DNA of 64,000 bases from Candidatus Magasanikiibacteriota bacterium (GTDB taxonomy: Bacteria; Patescibacteriota; Patescibacteriia; Magasanikbacterales; UBA922), in assembly GCA_903837125.1 (NCBI GenBank), contig CAILTG010000055.1, positions 2,199 to 66,198 of the forward strand. Reading direction: 5' to 3'. The notes under the pieces were generated by a model. The model was not told the DNA's origin and did no database searches. It saw only the letters and a program-made list of their open reading frames with translations. Below are positions 9,331-20,060 of this stretch, one piece after another. How positions within the stretch are numbered: the first letter of the stretch is position 1; each line of letters opens with the position of its first letter. The translations under genes and the position numbers were made by a program.

Positions 9331-12300
9331 CTAACTCTTAACCTCTTCACTAATTTTTTCAGCCTCACCTAATTTTACACTCAATAAATGGCTCACACCT
9401 TCTCCACCCATAGTTACCCCATACAAAGCATCAGCCGCATGCATGGTGGCATTATTATGAGTGATTAAGATAAATTGCGATTGCATGGCTAATTCTTGTA
9501 ATATTTTTGTAAACCGAATAGTATTGGTTTCATCAAGTGCTGCTTCCACTTCATCCAACACCACAAATGGTGAAGGATTCGTATGTAAAATTGCACAGAC
9601 CAAAGCAATAGAGGTCATCGTACGTTCACCGCCAGAAAGCATTTGAACATTTTTTATTTTCTTACCTGGTGGATTGGCAATTACATCAATTCCCATTAGC
9701 ATTTCTTGTTTTTTCTTTGGTTTTCCTTCACCAACTTCTTCAATCGCTATATCATTTGCAACACTTTGAACATCTCCAACATCTAAAACATTTTCTTCAT
9801 TTTCAATTTCCACCTCACCATACAATTCCACTAAATCAGCTTTTCCACCCTCAAATAAAATTGCAAAATAACGAGAAAATTCCTTGCGGATTTGCTTGAA
9901 GGCCTTATCACGAGTTTTTTTCATTATTTCATCTAATTCACCAATCATGGTTTCCAAATCTTCAATCGCCTTTTTTAAATCTGTTAATTGGGTAATTAAA
10001 AAGTCATGCCGTTCTTTGGTTACTTTATATTCTTCCACCACTTCTTCTTCAATTCCACCAATTAAAGACAATTGATATTTTAATTTTTGAATCTGCTGCT
10101 GAACCTCTGATAATTTATCAATAGCAACTTCCGGAACCTGACGACCAACCAGTGAGGACAAAGCTTCATGCATTTCCTGAAACACTTCGCCACCCAAATC
10201 TTCCTGCTTAGTAGAAAGTTTAGCCACTTCAATTTGTTTAATATTTTTTTGATCAACAATTAAATTTAACTTTTTCTGCTCGTCCTGCATGGCTTCCTGC
10301 AAAGCAAAAATACGCTGCTTTTTATTTTCTTCTTCCTGATTAAAATCATGAATTTTTTTCTCTGCTTGCGTTGATTTCTTTTCAATTTTTTCTAATTCCT
10401 TGTCCAAGTTTTCTTTTTGAATGGTTAAATCTTTCATGGCCAAATCATACTGGTCTGGACTCATGGAATAAAGCGACAACTCTTGTTCTAAAGCAGCCAC
10501 TTCTTTATCTGATTCCTGCTTTTGGCGTCCCAACAAATCAGCATGACTCGTGGCAATCTGAGCTTCTGCTTGCAAACTTCGCAAATTTTCTTGAGCTTTT
10601 TCATAAGTAATTTCTGATTGATCCAACTCTTTGCGCAATTCAGCCGCCTTTTCTTCTCCATTAAGCAACCCTTCCTGAACTAAATATGGCGCATTGCCCT
10701 GGGCAAAGCTTAAACCACGTTGTTTTTCAGCTCGACGATAGCCACCTTTCATACTACCCGAAACTTCCAAAATATCCCCCGCCAAAGTTACCATGCGCAC
10801 CCGACCAATGCCAATTTCCCGCGCCACTTCTATACTATCTACAATTAAAGTATTACCTAAAACATAAGAAAAAATATCGGCAAATTTACTATCAAATTTA
10901 ACTAATTCAACCGCCAAACCATGCACACCCTGACGATTTTTTAATTCAGCAATATCATTGGATAACATGCGTGGTTTAATTTTGCTCAGCGGTAAAAATG
11001 TAGCCACACCCAATTGATGCTCACGTAAATATTCTATGGCATTTTGAGCGGTACGGTCATGATCTACCACAATAGAAGACAAATTACCGCCAGCCGCAAT
11101 ATCTAGCGCCAACTGATATTTTTCAGCCACTTCGCCCAATTGAGCTACTGCTCCATAGATATTCCCCAATCTTTGTCGTTCTTCCAAAATTGCCTGTACT
11201 GCTTTTAAGCCTGTAAATTGAAAAAATGACTGTTCACTTTTTACCTGAGCCAACCGCTGTTCTAAATTAGCTAATTTACCACGCAATTCTGTTCGTGCCA
11301 CCAAAAGCTCCTCAATTTTCTGTTTTTGTTTAATAATATTATCTCCACTTTGATCGGCCATTTCTTCTGCTCGCGTTAATTCGGAAGTTAATTTGATTTG
11401 TTCTTTTTTTAAATCTTCAATTTTGTTTTGCAACCAACCAACATTTTGTTTACCAACTTTAGAATATTCAGCCTGCAATTTTCCGGATAATACTGCTTTT
11501 TCACGCTCCAAACGATTCTTTTCTTTTTGAATTTCTTGATAGGCGGCTTGTAAATTTTCAAAAATCCCCTGCCGTGATTCTTCTTTAGCTAAACCAGCCA
11601 ATTCCTCCTGCACGACTGTTAAATTTCTATTGACGGTTAAATATTCTAAATTAATTTTTTCCAATTCTAAACTAAGCTCATCCAATTGAGTTTGGTTATA
11701 ATTATATAATGTAGAATAATATTGTTCTTGAAATTCTCGCAGTTTTAATTCCACATCCTGACGCTGTTCCAATTTTTTTACTTGACGCGATAAAGTGCGG
11801 AGTCGCGGCTCCACTTCTTGCAACAACAATTCTGCTTGGTTAATGTTTTCTTTGGTGCGGTGAAGTTTTAAAGCTGCCTGGTGCCGTTTTATTTGAAATT
11901 CTTTAATACCAGTGGCTTCATCAAAAAAATCTTTTCGTTCTTGTGGGGTTTGCAGTAATAACCGGTCAATCATGCCCTGGCCAATAACACTGTACGACCC
12001 TTGGCCAAATTGAGCTTTAGCAAGCAATATTTGTAAATCAAGTAAACGAACTTCATTGCCATTCAAAATGTATTCACTTTCGCCCGAACGATAATAACGA
12101 CGAGTAATCACAATATCTTCATAATCCAAATTCAATCGATGGTCGGAATTATCCAAAGTCATAGTCACTGCCACCATGCCCATTTGGCCTTTGGCTTCAC
12201 TGCCAGAAAAAATAATATCCTCACCTTTTTTGCCACGCAAAGTTTTCATGCTCTGCTCCCCCATTACCCAACGAATAGCATCAGAAATATTACTTTTACC

Positions 12301-12423
12301 ACTGCCATTGGGACCAACCACTGCAGTTACAGAATTTTTCTTTTCTTTCGGTGGCAAAAAATCCAAAACAGTCTTTTGGGCAAAAGATTTAAAGCCATGA
12401 AGTTCAAGCGATTTAAGATACAT
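9331..12423 (-). CDS. smc: Chromosome partition protein SMC
   Basis: It has an N-terminal Walker A (GPNGSGKSNISDAIRWVMG), long coiled coils, a hinge, and the C-terminal ABC signature LSGGERTMTSIALVCAI plus Walker B VLDEVEAALD. The start is trimmed to MYLKSLELHGFKSF (ATG at 12421-12423), since the ORF track's extra 24 codons are non-homologous. Confidence 0.85.
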   Translation of the reverse strand: MYLKSLELHGFKSFAQKTVLDFLPPKEKKNSVTAVVGPNGSGKSNISDAIRWVMGEQSMKTLRGKKGEDIIFSGSEAKGQMGMVAVTMTLDNSDHRLNLDYEDIVITRRYYRSGESEYILNGNEVRLLDLQILLAKAQFGQGSYSVIGQGMIDRLLLQTPQERKDFFDEATGIKEFQIKRHQAALKLHRTKENINQAELLLQEVEPRLRTLSRQVKKLEQRQDVELKLREFQEQYYSTLYNYNQTQLDELSLELEKINLEYLTVNRNLTVVQEELAGLAKEESRQGIFENLQAAYQEIQKEKNRLEREKAVLSGKLQAEYSKVGKQNVGWLQNKIEDLKKEQIKLTSELTRAEEMADQSGDNIIKQKQKIEELLVARTELRGKLANLEQRLAQVKSEQSFFQFTGLKAVQAILEERQRLGNIYGAVAQLGEVAEKYQLALDIAAGGNLSSIVVDHDRTAQNAIEYLREHQLGVATFLPLSKIKPRMLSNDIAELKNRQGVHGLAVELVKFDSKFADIFSYVLGNTLIVDSIEVAREIGIGRVRMVTLAGDILEVSGSMKGGYRRAEKQRGLSFAQGNAPYLVQEGLLNGEEKAAELRKELDQSEITYEKAQENLRSLQAEAQIATSHADLLGRQKQESDKEVAALEQELSLYSMSPDQYDLAMKDLTIQKENLDKELEKIEKKSTQAEKKIHDFNQEEENKKQRIFALQEAMQDEQKKLNLIVDQKNIKQIEVAKLSTKQEDLGGEVFQEMHEALSSLVGRQVPEVAIDKLSEVQQQIQKLKYQLSLIGGIEEEVVEEYKVTKERHDFLITQLTDLKKAIEDLETMIGELDEIMKKTRDKAFKQIRKEFSRYFAILFEGGKADLVELYGEVEIENEENVLDVGDVQSVANDIAIEEVGEGKPKKKQEMLMGIDVIANPPGKKIKNVQMLSGGERTMTSIALVCAILHTNPSPFVVLDEVEAALDETNTIRFTKILQELAMQSQFILITHNNATMHAADALYGVTMGGEGVSHLLSVKLGEAEKISEEVKS

Positions 12424-12436
12424 AATTATGGCTAAT

Positions 12437-12477
12437 ATTATATCACCCTTGACATTTTTCATCAACTGAATTACAAT
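12437..12477. promoter_or_regulatory. Overlapping divergent promoters for smc (minus) and nrnA (plus)
   Basis: On minus, TTGATG-17-TATAAT (plus coordinates 12460-12465 and 12437-12442). On plus, TTGACA at 12449-12454, 17 nt, then TACAAT at 12472-12477. Confidence 0.4.
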
Positions 12478-12532
12478 GGTCTGTTCCTTAAACAAAATTC
12501 AAGATACATGGAATAACATACAAATTGTAATT

Positions 12533-13510
12533 ATGGAGCGTATTTCTAAACAAATCTACAACGAAATAATGAAGGCTAAAAATATCCTAATCGTCCCCCA
12601 TCAAAATCCTGATGGCGATGCCCTGGGTTCGGTTTCTTCGTTAGCTCACTACTTCAACCGTATTAACAAACCATATACGGTTTTTTGTGTTACCCCCATG
12701 CCTATAAATTTAACTATTTATCCGCACTTAATCCACCCTTCTTCAGCTGAGGCTATCTGGCAAGATAAATCATTTGACGTAATTATTGTCATGGATTCAG
12801 GAGATTTGAAATACGCCGGAATAGATAAACATGTGGCGAAATTGGAGCATGAACCAATAATTATTAATATTGACCACCATGCTACCAATCAAAAATTTGG
12901 CCATTATAATTTGGTAATGCCTTCGGCTTCTTCGGCCAGTGAAATAATTTACTATTTTTTTAAAAAAAATAACATTGAAATTGATAAAAAAATGGCCTCG
13001 GCCATTATGCTAGGATTAATTACTGATACGGAAAACTTTACCAATCCTGGCACCACGGTTTCTTCATTTACAGTGGCTTCTGACTTAATAAAAAAAGGCG
13101 CTAATTTTAATTTGCTCAAAAGTTTATTCTTAAAAAACAAAACCATTCCCGCGCTTAAACTTTGGGGTACAGTGCTTTCCCGTTTAGAAAAAAATCAAGT
13201 TTTAGATATTGTTTACACTTATATAACACAAGAAGATTTAATTTTAAACCAAGCCAGTGAAACTGAAATAGAAGGCATTACCAATTTTTTAAATAATTTA
13301 AATGAAGGCCGTGGTGCCTTAATTTTGAAGCAGCTAGAACCAGGAAAAATAAAAGGCAGCTTTCGTACCACCCGCGATGATTTTGATGTTTCGGCTATAG
13401 CCAAAATCTTGGGTGGCGGCGGACACAGAAAAGCGGCAGGGTTTACCATACCCGGTACCATAGAAGAAGCACTTAACAAAATCTGGGAAGAAATAAAAAG
13501 AACGGCCTAA
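12533..13510 (+). CDS. nrnA: DHH/DHHA1 family phosphoesterase (NrnA-like oligoribonuclease/pAp phosphatase)
   Basis: It has the DHH motifs (HQNPDGDALGS; IINIDHH) and the DHHA1 GGGH motif (GGGGHRKAAGF). The start is taken at MERISKQIYNEIMKAKNILIV (ATG 12533), because the ORF-track start at 12476 lies inside the promoter. Confidence 0.75.
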   Translation: MERISKQIYNEIMKAKNILIVPHQNPDGDALGSVSSLAHYFNRINKPYTVFCVTPMPINLTIYPHLIHPSSAEAIWQDKSFDVIIVMDSGDLKYAGIDKHVAKLEHEPIIINIDHHATNQKFGHYNLVMPSASSASEIIYYFFKKNNIEIDKKMASAIMLGLITDTENFTNPGTTVSSFTVASDLIKKGANFNLLKSLFLKNKTIPALKLWGTVLSRLEKNQVLDIVYTYITQEDLILNQASETEIEGITNFLNNLNEGRGALILKQLEPGKIKGSFRTTRDDFDVSAIAKILGGGGHRKAAGFTIPGTIEEALNKIWEEIKRTA

Positions 13511-13520
13511 GCCGTTCTTT

Positions 13521-16500
13521 TTATTTATACAAAACTTCATCTTTAAAAGCCTTCAACATAACAATCAATGTTTGCCTCTCCTGGTAAGAAATATCTTCAA
13601 CTTTAAATTGAGCGTTATCGGCTTTATTTGTCCCCTCTTGTTTGGCTTGGTCAGAATACATTTCACTTAAAAATCTAAGTTTATAAGACATACTTAACAA
13701 CTGTTCACAAATATCAGCCTCATGCTCTGTTAAAACATTATTTTCCATTAAGAAATTTATTTTCCCAACCAAGCTTGCTGGCACTTCTTTTCCTTTGGCT
13801 CTATCTATTTTTCCCTCAGCAATTCCTGAAAATATTAAATAATCAACTTTCATCATAATAGAACGTTGCAAAGAAAATTTTATTCTCTCCATCATTTTTC
13901 CAGTAGAAACATCTTGATACAATTTTTCAAATTGATCTACATAAGCTTCTTTTCCGGGTTTACCAATTTCCAAATCTTTTTGAATAAACAATGGCAAAAT
14001 AGCCACTCTTTCATCATCTTTAAACAACAATTCTTTTGCTTTATCAGTTACACGTTGACCATCGGCAAAAAAAGGTTCTAAATCTATAACTGCAGTTGGC
14101 TCAACTGTTTGTTTACCAGTCCCATCGGCTTTAACTTTTAGTTGGTCTATTGCCGACAAAAATACCAAAGGTTTTTCATCTTTATTAGCCTTTCCAGCAT
14201 CAGCAATAACTTTTTTATCTGCCATTAAATCATTAATAATTACCTTTAAATAATTATTAACAAAATCCTCTAATTTTGATAGGAATTGTATTTTACCTTC
14301 TTCCTCAATAACTGTATCATCTACCAAAAGGTTATAGTCAATATCAGAACCCAAAGCTAATTCAACTCGTCCACCACTACCAGCGATAGCAGGAATAATA
14401 ATTTTTTTAAATTTTTCTAATAAATTAGGATCAAAAACATTACCACTCTCGGCAATAACCCAAGCATCAGCCCATAATCTTTTCATTAATTGTTTTTTTT
14501 GTTCAGTAAACAATTGAGCAATTTCTTGTAAACGCACCGTGATTAATTCAGATGAAGCTACTCTAATTTTTTCTTTTTCATCTGATCCTTTTGAATCCAC
14601 ACTTCCTGAAGAAATTTTAGTAAATAATGCTCTTAACTTTGACTCACTAAAAGGATCAACCAGATGTGCCAAAGCATTAATATATTTTTTAGCTTCCTGC
14701 TTAAAGACTTTCATTTCTTCATCATTTAATTCAACAAATTTTTTACCAAACAAAACATATGGTAATTGATGCTCAAAAAAATTGGTAATAAAATAATTTT
14801 CTTGCAATTCACGATCTAAACCAGAAACTTCAAATGAAGCACTTTCTCCTTTATTTACTTTACGATAAACTCTGTTAGTACCTTCAAAAATATCTTTCAC
14901 AGCCTTAAGCTTTATTTTACTTCTAGTACGACTTCTAATAAATTCCATTATCTCTTCAAAACTACTATCACGATACCATTCTAATGCAGCTTTTTCTTCA
15001 CTTTCCTTACCTTTTTCACTAGGCAATGGTCCTTTATTTAAATCATTACTACTCAAAAATGAAACTAAAACTACCAAATCTTCCTTTGATTCGCCACTTT
15101 GAATCGCCGCGACTGCTTTATCAATAACCATTCTATGCTTAGGACCTAAACCATCACTTTTATAATATTTATAAACACCATTAATTACTTCTCTAGGATA
15201 ACCTAACTTAGACAAACGATTATAAAACATTTTTAATTCATCAAATTCTTGTGGACTAAGCAACATCTTTCCTTCGGCATCCATAACATTAATATATCCA
15301 CCCCAAGTGGCAATATCCTTTTTTACATTATCAATAACCGATTGATTAGAAACTTTAATTACCACACCTGTAATCTCTGAACTCGGAATACCATCCAATA
15401 CCAACTCATGATCTTCACCAATTACCCCAGAATGCTTCGGTGGCCTTTTTTTACCACTTTCACTTTGTCGATAATTTGAATAGACAATGTGAATATCGCC
15501 ATATCCGTCAATATAATTTTTTAATTTTTTTAATCGATCCGAAAAATCAGGAGAATTATTTACGACTGTTACGCGTGACACGTCTGTACCCAGTAATCCA
15601 GAACCATCTCTTTTAGTATCTGGACCTAACAATTCTCCTGGTAAATTACCTGCTTCCAAAATAAGAGCCAAAGATTGCGACTTAGCCCCATGAGTAATTG
15701 CGGCAGTTTTATCCTCACAAGAAAGTAATAATTCTGCTGACGATTTTCCGGCCATCAAATCTTCATAAATTTGTCTATTTCTTTTATCGGCTTCAGCTAA
15801 AATTCTCTCAATTTCTTCAATTTTGCTTGTTTCGCCTTTTCTTCTTAAATTTCTTATTTCTCTTTCATTACCAGAAAACCGTACTACTTCTTGCACATCG
15901 GCTTGAACAATATCCCTTAATTTTCTTTTGAACTCGTCAGAAGTTGATGAGGCTCTTGTACTTTCAACCAATTCTTTATCAAAACATTCTTCTAAATTAT
16001 ACATGTCCAAAAATAACAAACGCTTTTCTGATTCAGAAACATCTGAAGAATCAAACATTCTTTTAATTTCTTGCAATTTTTTTGACATTTCAACCCGCAC
16101 AACTGAAAGAGGTAATTTTTTTTCAGCCAGCTGATTATAAAATTCAAACAACTTATTTATAATCAACCCTTTCATTACTCCCAATTTTTTTGGATCATGA
16201 AAAGTTCTGGCCACAGTAGGATTGAATTGTATAAACAATTCAATTAAACTATTCCTAGCTTTATTTAAAAGTTCTGACTCTTCTTGACTAATCTCTCCTT
16301 GATTCTTTTTCTGGTCCAACTCATCAATTTTTTTACCAATTAAAGTAAAAACTGCTTCACTAAAAACCAATCCTAATTTTAAAAATTTATTAAAATTGTC
16401 AACTAAACTTCCAAAATTATCTTTTAAACTTAAAAGATAACCATTAGAAAGTTCAGTAAAATTTATACCTTTAATTTCTACTTGTGAAAATTTTCTTAAC

Positions 16501-19013
16501 AAATCATAATCATTGGAGCCAATTATTGAAGCTAACAATTCATCCCGTCTTTCTGGATAATCTTCCGATACTAGGTGAATTAAATGCTTTAAATCATCAA
16601 CCCTAAATTTAGAATAATCAGTATTTTTTATCATTCTATCTACAGCCTTTTGTCTTTGTTCTGGTGTAGACTCAATATACCGTCCCCATACCGGTCTTCC
16701 TTCCCCTGTTTCTGAATCTGCTTCCATTCTGGCTAAATAACGGTCAAGTAATGCCAGTACTATTTTTGGGCCACCAATTGTTACAATTGCTTCCGATAAT
16801 TCTTCAATTTTTTCTTTGCTAACTTTATGCTTACCTAAAAATTCTAACCACCGAAGACCAGTAAATTGGTTCATTGACATTAGTTCATCAAGAGCTGCAG
16901 AGGCCTTTTCTCTAAGAATTGCTTCTAAAAGATCATCAAAAAACATATCTAGAGTATCACTCCTATACATAAAACCATTACTAACAAACTCAAGCAGTTG
17001 TTTAGCATGCCCAATTTTTAATAATTTTACTGCTAAACCATACACTTCAGGATCATCCAACTTTTTACCACTATTTATTAACTTAAAAAAATAATTTGAT
17101 AAAATATCCGGACTTCCTTTTTGCAATAAAACTTCTTCAATTTTTTGAAATCTCTGTTCCTTTGGTATCTTTAAAGGATCTAAACCTGTTAATTCTCTAT
17201 AAAATCTCAATTCCGCAATTTCTGCCTGAGATAGTATTCTACCTTCCTCAGAAGCTCCAATTCCATCAAAATATTCTATTCTATCATTGATTTGACTAAT
17301 CAAATTATAATTACGATCAACTAAAAAATAATCACCAAATATCTTATTGATACTTGATTCGGGCAACATTTTTCCCTCAATTACTGAACCTAACAGTATA
17401 GTTATTTCTCTTTCATAATCATCAGCCCTTGTTACATAACCGCAGACTATATTACTTTCTTTACCAACTTTTATTAATAAATCACTAATCCAATCTACAA
17501 AAATACCCTGCATTCTTTCTTTTCTTAATTGCGGATATTTGTTTGGATTTGAAAAATATTGTAAAAATATTTTTACGTCTTCTGCTATGTTGCCAGGATG
17601 TATTTCTCTTGATAATTGACCACTCAATACTTCGTAGGTTTGCTCGACAGTATAATCAAACAATTCTGGATTGGTAGCCATTACCAAAAAATTACTCGTA
17701 CTTTCTTTACATTTAACCAAAAAATTATCAACTTTTTCATCTGGAACCGGCTCATTGGGTGAAAGTCGCGAACTTCTTTGTTCTAAAGTTTTAACACCTA
17801 ATTTCAATTCTTCTTTTGTTAACTTAATAAAATTTAGAAATCCTCTAAGCTGATAATCAGATGTTACACTTAACAAAAGCCTTCTTCTACCGCTTTCATC
17901 TAATTTATCAATTAAATCTTGAAAAAGATTAGCATTATTAATAATATTTTCCGGATTTAGTTTTAAACAAGATTCAAAAAAAGTTTTTCTTTCTTCTTCT
18001 GAAAATAATTCGCTATTCAATCCATTTTCTGCATAACGCCTATCAAAACTATTGTCTACCGGTAAATAAGCCACAAAATCTCTTTTCATTGGATCATCTT
18101 TTAACTTATCAAACCAGACTCTAGCTTCTTGTGATAGTCGATTACGGTTGGAATGATTTGACCAGGTAGTTCCACGATAATTTGTAATATAGGGGGTGAC
18201 TAACAAATCTACATGCGAATTTAATTTATTTCCCAAATCATTATAAATTTCCCCCCATAAATTTCTCGATTCCTCACTACCATTTTCAATTCCGCCTGCC
18301 TGTTCTTTCTTTTTTAGTTCCAATTCTACCAAACGATCTTTAAACTTGTGTATTTCCACAGCCACCCAAATACAAGAATTAAAACCGCGTGCATTTGCAG
18401 GAAAATATTTCCAAATAGCCAACACTTGGTCTAAATCTTCCGCTGTAGGATTTTCCTTTTCAGCAAATGAATGAATATATTTTTCCATCAAAGTTGACAA
18501 CTCATTCAAAAAATAACCCCATTTATCTTCATCAGCCTTATTAGCACCAATATAATCCTTCACAATTGTTTCTAATTCTGCAATATTAGGCTTATCCTTT
18601 TTTCCGTCAAATTTTGATAATTTTCGTACCCGTCCCCTTAATTCTTTAATAACTACCGGACTGTCTTCTCTATCAAATTCTTTTCTTCTTTTTTCAATCT
18701 TTGCTTCTCTCATCAAAATAATTGGTTTTTTTAAAATTTTTAACAATTTTTCCATCATAGTTATTCTTACTTGAACAGCTTCTCTTCTTAAATCTGTAAG
18801 TTCTGCAATCTCCTGTGCCAATTCTGGGTCTGTCCCGATATCATCCATAACTTCAACAACGACTGCTTCAATAGCAGTAATTTCAGCATCAACCTTATGA
18901 GTTAATTCTTCTACCTTCAAATCACCATCTTCTACCGTTGGAGCGGTTTCTGAAGTACCAATTTGAACTTGTTCACTCAAATTTTTAGGTAATTTTTCGT
19001 CTTTACCAGGCAT
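13521..19013 (-). CDS. Giant 1830-aa protein of unknown function with a C-terminal GlnD/GlnE-(DUF294)-type nucleotidyltransferase motif
   Basis: A single uninterrupted ORF. Around aa 1535 it reads IIIPAIAGSGGRVELALGSDIDYNLLVDD (DNA about 14370-14440), matching the hG[GS]x9-13Dh[DE]h Pol-beta-superfamily NTase signature of GlnD/GlnE/DUF294 (GGYGRxELxxxSDIDL). No other domain was recognisable by eye. Confidence 0.65.
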   Translation of the reverse strand: MPGKDEKLPKNLSEQVQIGTSETAPTVEDGDLKVEELTHKVDAEITAIEAVVVEVMDDIGTDPELAQEIAELTDLRREAVQVRITMMEKLLKILKKPIILMREAKIEKRRKEFDREDSPVVIKELRGRVRKLSKFDGKKDKPNIAELETIVKDYIGANKADEDKWGYFLNELSTLMEKYIHSFAEKENPTAEDLDQVLAIWKYFPANARGFNSCIWVAVEIHKFKDRLVELELKKKEQAGGIENGSEESRNLWGEIYNDLGNKLNSHVDLLVTPYITNYRGTTWSNHSNRNRLSQEARVWFDKLKDDPMKRDFVAYLPVDNSFDRRYAENGLNSELFSEEERKTFFESCLKLNPENIINNANLFQDLIDKLDESGRRRLLLSVTSDYQLRGFLNFIKLTKEELKLGVKTLEQRSSRLSPNEPVPDEKVDNFLVKCKESTSNFLVMATNPELFDYTVEQTYEVLSGQLSREIHPGNIAEDVKIFLQYFSNPNKYPQLRKERMQGIFVDWISDLLIKVGKESNIVCGYVTRADDYEREITILLGSVIEGKMLPESSINKIFGDYFLVDRNYNLISQINDRIEYFDGIGASEEGRILSQAEIAELRFYRELTGLDPLKIPKEQRFQKIEEVLLQKGSPDILSNYFFKLINSGKKLDDPEVYGLAVKLLKIGHAKQLLEFVSNGFMYRSDTLDMFFDDLLEAILREKASAALDELMSMNQFTGLRWLEFLGKHKVSKEKIEELSEAIVTIGGPKIVLALLDRYLARMEADSETGEGRPVWGRYIESTPEQRQKAVDRMIKNTDYSKFRVDDLKHLIHLVSEDYPERRDELLASIIGSNDYDLLRKFSQVEIKGINFTELSNGYLLSLKDNFGSLVDNFNKFLKLGLVFSEAVFTLIGKKIDELDQKKNQGEISQEESELLNKARNSLIELFIQFNPTVARTFHDPKKLGVMKGLIINKLFEFYNQLAEKKLPLSVVRVEMSKKLQEIKRMFDSSDVSESEKRLLFLDMYNLEECFDKELVESTRASSTSDEFKRKLRDIVQADVQEVVRFSGNEREIRNLRRKGETSKIEEIERILAEADKRNRQIYEDLMAGKSSAELLLSCEDKTAAITHGAKSQSLALILEAGNLPGELLGPDTKRDGSGLLGTDVSRVTVVNNSPDFSDRLKKLKNYIDGYGDIHIVYSNYRQSESGKKRPPKHSGVIGEDHELVLDGIPSSEITGVVIKVSNQSVIDNVKKDIATWGGYINVMDAEGKMLLSPQEFDELKMFYNRLSKLGYPREVINGVYKYYKSDGLGPKHRMVIDKAVAAIQSGESKEDLVVLVSFLSSNDLNKGPLPSEKGKESEEKAALEWYRDSSFEEIMEFIRSRTRSKIKLKAVKDIFEGTNRVYRKVNKGESASFEVSGLDRELQENYFITNFFEHQLPYVLFGKKFVELNDEEMKVFKQEAKKYINALAHLVDPFSESKLRALFTKISSGSVDSKGSDEKEKIRVASSELITVRLQEIAQLFTEQKKQLMKRLWADAWVIAESGNVFDPNLLEKFKKIIIPAIAGSGGRVELALGSDIDYNLLVDDTVIEEEGKIQFLSKLEDFVNNYLKVIINDLMADKKVIADAGKANKDEKPLVFLSAIDQLKVKADGTGKQTVEPTAVIDLEPFFADGQRVTDKAKELLFKDDERVAILPLFIQKDLEIGKPGKEAYVDQFEKLYQDVSTGKMMERIKFSLQRSIMMKVDYLIFSGIAEGKIDRAKGKEVPASLVGKINFLMENNVLTEHEADICEQLLSMSYKLRFLSEMYSDQAKQEGTNKADNAQFKVEDISYQERQTLIVMLKAFKDEVLYK

Positions 19014-19017
19014 AAAA

Positions 19018-19197
19018 TTACTTTAAATCAATAATCTTTTTTAATACTTGTAATTGTAAAAGTAAACTTTTTTTATCATGGTAACGCTTTAAAATTTCTA
19101 ACTGTTTCTTTCTAATTTTGGTAATTTCCAAATCAAACCATTTTTCAAGGTCTTGAATCTTTTTTATCTGTTCTGGAGTAAGTTTCTTTTTAGCCAT
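19018..19197 (-). CDS. Small 59-aa coiled-coil-like protein translationally coupled to the giant gene (4-nt gap)
   Basis: MAKKKLTPEQIKKIQDLEKWFDLEITKIRKKQLEILKRYHDKKSLLLQLQVLKKIIDLK. Its stop TAA sits 4 nt before the giant-gene ATG. An extended -10 (TGcTAAAAT, plus coordinates 19208-19216) lies about 10 nt upstream, which would make it near-leaderless. It is below the ORF-track cutoff. Confidence 0.35.
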   Translation of the reverse strand: MAKKKLTPEQIKKIQDLEKWFDLEITKIRKKQLEILKRYHDKKSLLLQLQVLKKIIDLK

Positions 19198-19388
19198 AAC
19201 TGCTTATATTTTAGCAAAAAATAGGAAAAAAATAAAGAGGATAGACTAAACTTATAAATTAACTAAAATTGACAAACAGACATTTACACAGGTTGAAAAA
19301 AAATACATATTAAGGTAAAATTAAGACTAAAGTAAATTAATTTACAAAACCTTAATCTCAGCCCTAATTCCTAATAATTACCAAAAAT

Positions 19389-20003
19389 ATGAACAACTCC
19401 AAAAACAACCAAACAGAGCCATCTTCTCAATACCTTATTCCCACAGTAATTGAAAAAACCAGTAATGGCGAAAGGGCTTATGACATATATTCTCGTCTAC
19501 TAAAAGACCGAATAATTTTCTTAGGCAGTGCCATTGACGATGGTGTAGCCAATACCGTAATCGCCCAACTATTATTTTTGGCCAACCAAAATCCAGATGA
19601 AGATATTAAATTGTATATAAATTCTCCTGGTGGATCAGTTAGTGCCGGCCTGGCGATTTATGATACTATGCAATTTATTAAACCCGATGTTTCTACCATT
19701 TGTGTAGGCATGGCGGCTTCCATGGCTTCAGTATTATTGGCAGCCGGAGCCAAAGGCAAAAGATTTTGTTTACCAAATTCTGAAGTAATGATTCATCAAA
19801 TTATGGGCGGCATGGAAGGCCAGGCTTCAGACATTAAAATTCATGCCGAAAGAATTCTCAAACTCAAAACTAGATTAAATGAAATTTTAGTTAAGCATAC
19901 CGGCCAAACTTTGGATAAAATAGACAAAGATACTGACCGCGATTATTTTATGGATGCCAAAGAGGCAGTGAAGTATGGACTGGTAGATAAAATGATTGAG
20001 TAA
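19389..20003 (+). CDS. clpP: ATP-dependent Clp protease proteolytic subunit
   Basis: 204 aa. It has the catalytic Ser motif ([14 protein letters not shown]), His (MIHQ) and a canonical ClpP fold sequence ([24 protein letters not shown]). Confidence 0.9.
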   Translation: MNNSKNNQTEPSSQYLIPTVIEKTSNGERAYDIYSRLLKDRIIFLGSAIDDGVANTVIAQLLFLANQNPDEDIKLYINSPGGSVSAGLAIYDTMQFIKPDVSTICVGMAASMASVLLAAGAKGKRFCLPNSEVMIHQIMGGMEGQASDIKIHAERILKLKTRLNEILVKHTGQTLDKIDKDTDRDYFMDAKEAVKYGLVDKMIE

Positions 20004-20014
20004 ACAAAATTATA

Positions 20015-20052
20015 AAAAAATCCCCAAGCTTTTTAGCCGGGGGATTTTTTAA
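20015..20052. terminator. Bidirectional intrinsic terminator between clpP (+) and the 2466-aa gene (-)
   Basis: AAAAAATCCCC-loop-GGGGGATTTTTT, with A- and T-runs on both sides. Confidence 0.6.
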
Positions 20053-20060
20053 TTGTTATT

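Noticed and set aside
12424-12495. ORF-track N-terminal extensions of smc (to 12495), nrnA (from 12476) and the 483-aa ORF (from 36725)
   Set aside because: The extensions run through the predicted promoters and add non-homologous residues. Internal Met codons give canonical protein starts.
19198-19388. A clean sigma70 promoter for clpP
   Set aside because: A TTGACA occurs at about 19269 but no acceptable -10 lies at 16-18 nt spacing. The clpP promoter cannot be placed confidently from sequence alone.
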